This document shows, piece by piece, positions 1-9,900 of a stretch of 64,000 nucleotides of DNA. Location of the stretch: the NCBI RefSeq assembly GCF_006345805.1, contig NC_043024.1, forward strand, positions 19,654,001 through 19,718,000. Reading direction: 5' to 3'. A program made the position numbers and the translations under genes. The DNA comes from Octopus sinensis (Eukaryota). The notes beneath the pieces were generated by a model that made no database searches, had not been told where the DNA came from, and saw nothing but the letters and a program-made list of their open reading frames with translations. Numbering within the stretch: the first letter of the stretch is position 1; the number at the start of each line of letters is the position of its first letter.

Positions 1-161
1 TATAATGTAACATACTCACTGGTTAAAATTTCCACTTATTTTTTTTTCCTAAAATTTTCGTTGCATCTTCCAGCCTTTTCAATAGTCTTGACTCTATCCG
101 ATAATAAAGTTATTTTTCTAAATTCTTTATTATTTCTAAAATTATTTGAAACAAAGGCAGT

Positions 162-353
162 ATAGGCGCAGGAGTGGCTGTGTGGTAAGTAGCTTGTTTA
201 CCAACCACATGGTTCCGGGTTCAGTCCCACTGCATGGCACCTTGGGCAAGTGTCTTCTACTATAGCCTCGGGCCGACCAAAGCCTTGTGAGTGGATTTGG
301 CAGGCAGAAAAAGAAGCCCATCGTATATATATATATGTATGTATATATATATA

Positions 354-411
<58 letters not shown>

Positions 412-636
412 ATATGTTTGTGTGTCTGTGTTTGTGCCCCCAACATCGCTTGACAACTGATGGTGGTGTGTTTATATCCCCGTAACTTAGCGGTTCGGCA
501 AAAGAGACCAATAGAATAAGTACTAGGCTTACAAAGAATAAGTACTGGGGTCGATGTGCTCGACTAAAGGCGGTGCTCCAGCATGGCCGCAGTCAAATGA
601 CTGAAACAAATAAAAGAATAAAAGAATAAAAGAATA
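162..636 (+). mobile_element. SINE family A (tRNA-like head, CORE-like motif, central (TA/TG)n linker, ~220-nt tail); representative of about 30 copies
   Basis: A-box-like TGGCTGTGTGG, B-box-like GGTTCAGTCCC, CCTTGGGCAAGT motif, (AAAAGAGT/AAAAGAAT)n tail. Other copies approx.: 2748-3165+, 6573-7160+, 7705-8092+, 10403-10785-, 13769-14140+, 16023-16660+, 18990-19797-, 22065-22425-, 28612-28996-, 30460-30865+, 31022-31455-, 37732-38125+, 39620-40045-, 40782-41395+, 41748-42173-, 42196-42600-, 44575-44960+, 45840-46045+, 50160-50585+, 52738-53115-, 57465-57690-, 59822-60243+, 60277-60470+, 60485-60640-. Confidence 0.9.
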
Positions 637-882
637 CCAGGATTGGAGATATTTCTATGTAAAGAGTAAATATTATCAGGAATTATATAAAAAAATTCAA
701 TATTTTGTTCCATTGTGGAAGTAGAACCTGTTTATTGCTCATAAATTTTAGCAACATCTTATGTGGACCCTTCCCCCCACCCCGAGTCATATAGACCCCA
801 GTTGAGAGCCACTGTACGATAGGCACACGCCCTGAAATTTTTGTGAAAGGAGTAACAAAATTACATCAACTGAAGTATTTTA

Positions 883-2722
883 CCTATCTATCCGCCCAGT
901 CAAAGTCAACTCTCGGTTACTCGTTGGATCAGTGTCCTCCAGTCAGTTCTATCCTGGGCCGCTTCTTTCAGATTAGCTATGTCCATTCCGGTATCACTCT
1001 TGATGGTGTCAAGCCAGCGGGTTCTTGGTCGGCCTCTTCCTCTCTTGCCACTGACCATTCCGTATATATATATATATCTATCCGCCCAGTCAAAGTCGAC
1101 TCTCGGTTACTCGTTGGATCAGTGTCCTCCAGTCAGTTCTATCCTGGGCCGCTTCTTTCAGATTAGCTATGTCCATTCCGGTATCACTCTTGATGGTGTC
1201 AAGCCAGCGGGTTCTTGGTCGGCCTCTTCCTCTCTTGCCACTGACCATTCCGTATATATATATATATCTATCCGCCCAGTCAAAGTCGACTCTCGTTACT
1301 CGTTGGATCAGTGTCCTCCAGTCAGTTCTATCCTGGGCCGCTTCTTTCAGATTAGCTATGTCCATTCCGGTATCACTCTTGATGGTGTCAAGCCAGCGGG
1401 TTCTTGGTCGGCCTCTCCTCTCTTGCCACTGACCATTCCGTATATATATATATATCTATCCGCCCAGTCAAAGTCGACTCTCGGTTACTCGTGGATCAGT
1501 GTCCTCCAGTCAGTTCTATCCTGGGCCGCTTCTTTCAGTTTAGCTATGTCCATTCCGGTATCACTCTTGATGGTGTCAAGCCAGGGGTTCTTGGTCGGCC
1601 TCTTCCTCTCTTGCCACTGACCATTCCGTATATATATATATATCTATCCGCCCAGTCAAAGTCGACTCTCGGTTACTCGTTGGATCAGTGTCCTCCGGTC
1701 AGTTCTATCCTGGGCCGCTTCTTTCAGTTTAGCTATGTCCATTCCGTATCACTCTTGATGGTGTCAAGCCAGCGGGTTCTTGGTCGGCTCTTCCTCTCTT
1801 GCCACTGACCATTCCGTATATATATATATATATCTATCCGCCCAGTCAAAGTCGACTCTCGGTTACTCTTGGATCAGTGTCCTCCAGTCAGTTCTATCCT
1901 GGGCCGCTTCTTTCAGATTAGCTATGTCCATTCCGGTATCACTCTTGATGGTGTCAAGCCAGGGGTTCTTGGTCGGCCTCTTCCTCTCTTGCCACTGACC
2001 ATTCCGTATATATATATATATCTATCCGCCCAGTCAAAGTCGACTCTCGGTTACTCGTTGGATCAGTGTCCTCCAGTCAGTTCTATCCTGGGCCGCTTCT
2101 TTCAGTTTAGCTATGTCCATTCCGGTATCACTCTTGATGGTGTCAAGCCAGCGGGTCTTGGTCGGCCTCTTCCTCTCTTGCCACTGACCATTCCGTATAT
2201 ATATATATATCTATCCGCCCAGTCAAAGTCGACTCTCGGTTACTCGTTGGATCAGTGTCCTCCGGTCAGTTCTATCCTGGGCCGCTCTTTCAGATTAGCT
2301 ATGTCCATTCGGTATCACTCTTGATGGTGTCAAGCCAGTGGGTTCTTGGTCGGCCTCTTCCTCTCTTGCCACTGACCATTCCGTATATATATATATATCT
2401 ATCCGCCCAGTCAAAGTCGACTCTCGGTTACTCGTTGGATCAGTGTCCTCCAGTCAGTTCTATCCTGGGCCGCTTCTTTCAGTTTAGCTATGTCCATTCC
2501 GGTATCACTCTTGATGGTGTCAAGCCAGCGGGTTCTTGGTCGGCCTCTTCCTCTCTTGCCACTGACCATTCCGAGCATGATGTCCTTCTCCAGGGATTTT
2601 CTCCGCATAATATGACCGAAATATGCCAATCTATGCTTGGTGATCCCAACTTCTAGCGACAGTTTTGGCTTGATCTGGTTAAGAACTTCTCCATTGGTGA
2701 GCCTCGCTGTCCATGGAATCCA
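883..2722 (-). mobile_element. 5'-truncated RTE/BovB-type LINE whose terminal ~189 bp is repeated 9 times head-to-tail
   Basis: Minus strand encodes WIPWTARLTNGEVLNQIKPKLSLEVGITKHRLAYFGHIMRRKSLEKDIMLGMVSGKRGRGRPRTRWLDTIKSDTGMDIAKLKEAAQDRTDWRTLIQRVTESRL*, which I recognise as the RTE/BovB ORF C-terminus. 10-bp TSD AAGTATTTTA at 873-882 and 2723-2732. Confidence 0.9.
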
Positions 2723-3626
2723 AAGTATTTTATTGATAATTATTTCATTAGGTGTGGGAGTGGCTGTGTGGTAAGTAGCTTGCTTACAAACCACATGGTT
2801 CCGGGTTCAGTCCCACTGCGTGGAACCTTGGGTAAGTGTCTTCTACTATAGCCTCGGGCCGACCAAAGCCTTGTGAGTGGATTATGTGTAGACGGAAACT
2901 GAAAGAAGCCCGTCGTATATATATGTATCTATATATATATATGTGTGTATGTGCGTGTTTGTCTGTGTTTGATCCCCCAACATCGCATGACAACCGATGC
3001 TGGTGTGTTTACGTCCCCGTCACTTAGCGGTTCGGCAAAAAAGAGACCGATAAAATAAGTACTAGGCTTACAAAGAATTATTCCTGGTGTTGATTTGATC
3101 GACTAAAGGCGGTGCTCCAGCATGGCCACAGTCACATGACTGAAACAAGTAAAAGAGTAAAAGAGTATTAGATCCGAAATGGTGAAAGGCAAAACTGACT
3201 TCCATGGAATTCAAACTCAGAATGTAAAGTTGGAAGAAATGCTCCTAAGCATCTTGTCTGGCATGCAACCAATTCTACCCAGCACACCATCGTAGAATTT
3301 ACCAATATGAAAAGAAACTAATTAGTTTTACTAATGTTCAAAGTTTTGGCGATAAAGAATAATCATTAGAGTTCTGAAAAGAAATCTATGGAACTAGATT
3401 TATGGTTCCATGTTATTCTCAGAGTTCTCAATCTCTCTAAAATGTAGACATCTGTGAATATTGATCGATTTAGACTATTAGAAAATAATTAATTTCGATC
3501 GTGTTCAAAGGTTTGATGACAAAATTATATATGTTTGTGATTTATTAACAGTACTAATGAATGTCTCATTAAGGAAATCAATGTACTGTAATGCTTTATG
3601 AGTTTGATTGCGTTTAATTATTTCAG

Positions 3627-3780
3627 GTCCACCACAAATACTTGAAGCGCCATCAAGCCAAAATGTTATCCAGAAAATGTCTATGAAACTTGTGTGTAGA
3701 GTGGAAGGACATCCAATTCCAGTGGTCAGCTGGTACCATAATGATATGAAGTTGTCTGCAACTTCTAGAATATTTCTAAG
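3627..3780 (+). CDS. Internal coding exon of an Ig-superfamily (I-set) protein, first half of Ig domain A
   Basis: tttcag acceptor, gtaagt donor, 154 nt (phase 1 to 2). Translates (G)PPQILEAPSSQNVIQKMSMKLVCRVEGHPIPVVSWYHNDMKLSATSRIFL(R), with the I-set C-x-V-x-G-x-P-x-P-x-V-x-W motif. Confidence 0.93.
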
Positions 3781-4081
3781 GTAAGTCTTTAGGTAATATT
3801 GATCAGTTTTAACTGAAACTACCAGGGCTTTTGCTTGCACCTCCTAAAAGGGTCTGCAGGGATGATATGGAGTTTGCATGTGGGAGTGCATATGTCTATA
3901 TTATACTTATATTTGTATATGCATGTATACATACATACATATATATGTGTTTATATATATATAAAATGGATTTACAACTTCAATACCCATACATATCTTG
4001 CATCTATTTTCTTTCCTCCACCTCACTCTCTATTTTGCATCACATCTAAACTAACTATGACTTAATTTTTCCTCTCACACC

Positions 4082-4133
4082 GTCTCCGAAGAAGGGATAT
4101 TATTAATTAATATCCTAGAAACAGCTGTAAGAC
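4082..4133 (+). ncRNA. Minimal hammerhead-like fold with degenerate core (CCGAAGA), Penelope-type terminal-repeat fragment
   Basis: Stem I GTCT/AGAC; stem II GGATATTA/TAATATCC; GAAA; stem III palindrome ACAGCTGT; GUA site. U4 is C and the 10.1-11.1 pair is mismatched. Confidence 0.6.
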
Positions 4134-4285
4134 CTTCTATCTATAAATGCTCTAATATCTACACAGCTTTTTTTTTTATCTTATTACGCAAAAAATTCTT
4201 ATATATATATATATGTGACCACGTGTGTAAAGTTGGCGATTTTTTTTCCTCTGTCTTCCCTTCTCTGGATCTTTCCTTCTCCTAT

Positions 4286-4320
4286 GTTTCTGACGAAGAG
4301 CTCCACTCGAAACGTTAAAC
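4286..4320 (+). ncRNA. Minimal hammerhead ribozyme motif
   Basis: Stem I GTTT/AAAC; CTGACGA plus one extra A; stem II GAG/CTC; GAA; stem III palindrome ACGT; GUU site after 4316. A decayed copy of the same element lies at 23449-23640. Confidence 0.65.
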
Positions 4321-4557
4321 CCTACTTCTTTTCTTCTTTCCTGAGCGTCCAATAATACTATATTTGTTCCACGTCCTCGCATTGTTGTGTTTTTTTGTGC
4401 TTTCTTGTTTGGATTAACTTTATATATATATATATACACACACACACTCACACACACAAGTAAGCACATAAATGCAAAACAAAGAAGGAAAAAATAGTAC
4501 TCGATTACCAAAGGTAGAGAAATATGCTTGTATTAAAGCTGCGAAATTTTCCCAAGA

Positions 4558-4595
4558 CTGTTACTCAGAGTTTCACATTCCCTTTCATCTGACAG
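4558..4595 (-). ncRNA. Degenerate hammerhead-like fold inside an old fold-back repeat
   Basis: Minus strand CTGT-CAGATGA-AAGGGAATGT-GAAA-CTCTGAG-TA-ACAG; inverted partial copy at 4617-4643. Confidence 0.45.
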
Positions 4596-5930
4596 ATGCA
4601 ATGAATATTCATCACAACTGTCCAACAAACAGGAATGTGAAACAATAAGTTACAGTTTTTGGAAAATTTTATGACTTCAATAAAAGTATATATCATCATC
4701 ATCATCATCATCATCGTTTAACGTCCACTTTCCATGCTAGCATGGGTTGGACGGTTCAACCGGGGTCTGGGAAGCCAGGAGGCTGCACCAGGCTCCTGTC
4801 TGATTTGGCAGAGTTTCTACAGCTGGATGCCCTTCCTAACGCCAACCACTCCATGAGTGTAGTAGGTGATTTTTACGTGCCACTGGCACAGGTGACAGGG
4901 GAGACTGGTGACGGCCATGATTGGTTGGTGCTTTTTACGTGCCACCAGCACGGAAGCCAGTCAAGGCAGTGCTGGCACCAGCCATATTTATATATATGTA
5001 TATACATATATATGTGTATATATCCTCATCCAAGATGAAGACAATCAGCATTGTTCCATATGGCGGATTTGATAATTGCTGAGATTTTTCTCACTATGAA
5101 ACCCATGGTAGCCTTGTCAAGCTACAATTAAAGAACATTTATCCACCCTGGCAGAGTTGATCACTCATTCTGTTTGATATTAGTGTATTTTTCCTTTCAT
5201 CTCTTTCTGTTGAAGAGCATATGCTCTTTCCAGTCTTCCTGAATATCAAATTAATACACCAGCTTGTTGATCCCTCACCTGCCTTCATCTTTTGCTTTCT
5301 TACCGTGGTCTTTTCCGTAGGCTTTTCTTTCCACGGATAAACCTTATCTGTTTCCCCCTTTACACTTTACATCATGACATTTCTCTGATACACAATCCCT
5401 ATTGATCGTTTTTTTCTTTTTCTTTTTTCTTTCCCTTTTATTCTTTTTCTTTTTTTCTTTCCCTTTTTATTCTTTCCCTTTTACGATCCCTTTTGATCGA
5501 AAACCTACCCCACATTTTTGTTTGTTTTTATTTTTGTTTTTGTTTTTTTTTTTCCCCAAAAGAAAAGCTCTACTTTGTAATCTGTCCCGTCTGTGTGCAG
5601 CCCTGTGTGGCTAATAAAGAAACATGTAAATTTGAACTATAGATACGGAGGTATATGTCTTAGTGACTAGGGCATTCATCTTACAACTGTAAGGTTATGT
5701 ATATATGTATATATGTCACAAAGAGACACACAGACACATGCATTTGTTGCTAAACTGTGCATAAGTGTGTAGTTTGTCATGACATACATGTAATCACCGA
5801 AAAGCCTTTAGAAATTTTAGACCCTGATACTTTAAAGATGGCGAATATATATGGCTTCTAATCTTTACAATGATAATTAGATTTTACCAGTGTGTGTGTG
5901 TGAGAGCATATGTATATGTATGTATGTGTG

Positions 5931-5961
<31 letters not shown>

Positions 5962-6264
5962 ATACATGGGTATATATGTATATATGCCATATTAGTATGG
6001 CGATAACTATTAATTTCCAGTAACACTGCCGTAATCTCCTTTAGAGAGACTTAGTAATTTTAATATTTCTATTATATATATGCACATTTGTATATGTATG
6101 TATGTATGTACAATCTCTTGCTAAAATCTATTTATCACTCTGAAAATAGAAGCTGTATATATTCACAATTTCTGGTATTCGAGTACTATTTTTTCCTACT
6201 TTGTTTTGAATTTATGTGCTTCTTTGTGTGTGTGAGTGTGTACATATATATATATATATGTATA

Positions 6265-6550
6265 TGGAGGCGCAATGGCCCAGTGGTTAGGGTAGCGGAC
6301 TCGCGGTTATAGGATCGCAGTTTCGATTCCCAGACCGGGCGTTGTGAGTGTTTATTTAGCGAAAACACCTAAAGCTCCACGAGGCTCCGGCAGGGATGGT
6401 GGTGGTGATCCCTACTGTACTCTTTCTTCTGTTGGCCTGCTTGCTTAGCCAGCGGGGTGGTGTCACTTGAAGGTTAAAACAATGCAAAGCGCATTGTGAC
6501 CAGCGATGTGCAGCAACATCTGATAGCCTGGTTGGTCACATGAACACGTG
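6265..6550 (+). mobile_element. SINE family B (tRNA-derived head GGAGGCGCAATGGCCCAGTGGTTAGGG...TTTCGATTCCCAGACC); representative copy
   Basis: A and B boxes. Copies approx. at 13212-13520+, 15865-15985- (tail only), 21962-22695-, 36899-37200+, 39268-39570+, 43632-44243-, 55690-55905-, 62878-63255-. Confidence 0.88.
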
Positions 6551-8237
6551 ATGTATATGTATATATATATATAGGCACAGGAGTGGCTGTGTGGTAAGTA
6601 GCTCGCTTACCAACCACAATGGTTCTGGGTTCAGTCCCACTGCGTGGCTCTTGGGCAAGTGTCTTCTACTATAGCTTTGGGCTGACCAAAGCCTTGTGAG
6701 TGGATTTGGTAGATGGAAACTGAAAGAAGCCTGTCGTATATATATATGTGTGTGTGTCTGAGATATGGAACATTGGTGATTGTCTTCCCACAACATCGCT
6801 TGACAACTGATGCTGGTGTGTTTATATCCCCATCACTTAGCTGTTCAGCACAGCAAGAGAGACTGATAGAATAAGTGCTACGCTTACAAAGAGTAAAATC
6901 TATTTATCACTCTGAAAATAGAAGCTGTATATATTCACAATTTTTGGTGTTCGAGTACTATTTTTTCCTACTTTGTTTTGAATTCATGTGCTTACTTGTG
7001 TGTGTGAGTATGTATATATATATGTATATGGAGGTGCAATGGCCCAGTGGTTAGAGTAGCGGACTCGCGGTCATAGGATCTTTGCTCGACTAAAGGCAGT
7101 GCTCCAGCATGGCCACAGTCAAATGACTGAAACAAATAAAAGAACATTAGAATAAAAGAATACCAGGATTGGAGATATTTCTATGTATGGCAGGCTGAAC
7201 TACACAATATCTCCTCTCTAATTAATTTGAGATGAATTGTGACAATTTATGAGCAAATATGCTTTTAAATTTATTAAAATTGAATTAATCATTGAGATTT
7301 GATTGGTTTGTGAACGAAGGTTAGAAAACGTTTTGCACATTCATCAACTCAATTGTTATGTGCAGTCTGCATGATGGATTCATCGATTCACAAGCAAAGT
7401 CAAGTGATATTTTTGTATCTTTAGGATCACATGCGTTAAATACATCAAAAAGAAGGATAGCTGCTGTTAACAAAGTTCTAGTGGTGATGGATTGATGAAT
7501 AACTGGATGATTTCGCCGTCGATTTTTACATTATAAATCTGTATTTCATTTTTAAAATAAAGCAAGTATACTAACCCAGTAAGTGTATGGAAATACTTCA
7601 CTAAAATTCGGTGGCAGTGTATGTAAAAGTTCACCGATTCCAACCCTTTGCTCAAAATTGTAAAACATTTATCAGATATACTCCTAGAACCATTAATTTC
7701 AACATAGGCACAGGAGTGGCTATGTGGTAAGTAGCTTGCTTACCAGCCATATGGTTCCGGGTTCAGTCCCACTGCATGGCACTTTGGGCAAGTGTCTTCT
7801 ACTATAGCCTCGGGCCAAACAAAGACTTGTGAGTGGATTTGGTAGACAAAAACTGAAAGAAGCCCATTGTCTGTATATATGTATATATATATATGTATGT
7901 GTGTGTATATGTTTGTGTGTCTGTGTTTGTTTCCCAACATCGCTTGATAACCGATGCTGGTGTGTTTACGTCCTTGTAACTTAGCAGTTCAGCTAAAGAG
8001 ACCGATAGAATAAGTCCTGGGGTCGATTTTGCTCGTCTAAAGGCGGTGCTCCAGCATGGCCGCAGTCAAATTACTGAAACAAGTAAAAGAATATGTTTTC
8101 CCTAATGAATCAGTTGCATTTTAAATTCCAGATATATTTGGAGAGTGTGGTGGAAAAACATCTTTCTCAGTGTCTGCATGTGGGCATATGTATAAAAATT
8201 TATTCTAAAAGAATGGAATACACTTTTAGTATGAGAT

Positions 8238-8276
<39 letters not shown>

Positions 8277-8924
8277 GTGTGTGTGGTGTGTGTGTGTGTG
8301 TGTGTGTGTGTGTTGGTGTTGGTGTGTGTGTGTACATTTATTCATATCATTATTTTATTTGAGAAGGGAACCTTAGCTCAATAAACTAGTGCTTTAAAAG
8401 TACTCATATCATTGACAGAGCAGATACTGGAGCTGTTGCATTTACATAGATGAGACAATGGCCTTTGTGTTCATACTGGAAAGTTTTCATCTGTTTACAC
8501 TCGTGATAGCATCAGTGAAGATTTTTCTGTTCACCTTAATGCTATTTCTATTAAAAATATGATCTACAAGGAGATACCTATTTATAAAATCAATAAAAAT
8601 CCTGACAACATTGGAACACACATTTAAACTCCAAAAAGGATTATACCATATACTATTTTGCTGCCTCTTTCCAGTTGCTCCAGTTCACTCAGCTGTAGAA
8701 ATCAGTTGTGATGTCACTGGGGCCAAATTCTATCAGCCTCTGCCTTTCTCTTTAAAATATTGATGGCATGGAGAGGGGAGGCTGGTATGCATGGGCAACT
8801 GCTGGTCTTCCATAAACAATCTTGCCCAGACTTGTACTTGGAGGGTAACTTGCTAGGTGCAATCCCATGGTTATTCATGAATAGAGAGGGTCTTTACCTG
8901 AACATTAATATTGTTCTTTGTGTA

Positions 8925-9900
8925 ATGTATTCTGATAATGTCTTTTAATGCATCATTGTAATAATGAGCAGCATAATTTAAGGATTCCTCATTAGGGGAC
9001 AAGCTTGGTGAACCTTAAATAGGTGTGTGTTTTAAGTTCTTTTTAGGATATGGTTGGAATTTATATTAATGTTCTATTTTCTTGTTTGATTTACTATAAG
9101 AGTAGTATTCATCAATTCCTATGTTGAAAGTTATATTGATGAAATGAAATTATACTTAGATTCATACTTGCTGTGATTTTTAAATCTCTTTGAATGTGTT
9201 GACAAACTCTTTCTTAACAACATCTATTGTGGTCATGATTACATTTATTGAAAGGAATAGCCCATTATCATCATCATCATCATCATGAGAGAGAATCTAT
9301 AGAGCATAATCTCTTTCATATTAAGTTTATAATACACAGTCCCATCGATTCACATACCTCAGCCTCATCTTACAACCCCATGCTTATATCAAACAATTCT
9401 CAATTGTTACAGCTAACCCCAAAGAAATTATGGTAAATTTGTAAAGAACTCCTAGCATGAATGTTAACAATAACACCCAAATCACAAACCAGAACATAAC
9501 TAATACCAAATTCTAAAGCTTTTTAAAGAACTGATTTAGGTATAGCAGGATAGAATTCTGCTATATCAAAACACATAAATTTATGAACGTGCTTATTATC
9601 TTCGCCAATAAACAACTTGATAACCAATAAACTATTATTCCACAACAGAAGAAAAATGGTGTGTTTGATGCTAGAAATGATAGTCTAAACTATTCTTACC
9701 TGTTTTTAGCGTTCCCTGGATTTACATTTGGTATTGGCAAAGAAATTATTTTATATAATCTTTAAAAGTAGTGTATCATTTCTATAACACCTAAGCTCTT
9801 GTTCTATCATCAGAATTCTTGACTGGAAGCTATTTCTTTGAATTGAAATTAATACCTTCGAAAGTCCTAGAATTGGGTTTCTTATAGGTATCTATTGGGA
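8925..9900 (-). pseudogene. Decayed Penelope-like element reverse transcriptase
   Basis: Minus-strand peptide blocks in the expected order, broken by stops and frameshifts: TYKK..IN..SKK..DDR; LKDY; WNNSLLVIKLFIGEDNKHVHKFMCFDIAEFYPAIPKSVL*KALEF; FDISMG..DEAEVCE..GL; LYR..DD..GL; LKIT..NL.I; SNH; LSPNEE..N.AA..YNDALK. Order and spacing match Penelope-like RTs as I know them. Confidence 0.8.

Noticed and set aside
883-2575. CRISPR-like or repeat-protein reading of the regular 189-bp array
   Set aside because: No unique spacers; the units are a LINE 3' end with a TA tail inside a TSD, and the ORFs are frameshifted between copies.
6265-6340. tRNA genes at SINE heads (also families A and C)
   Set aside because: A and B boxes are present but there is no complete cloverleaf or acceptor stem, and each runs directly into SINE body.
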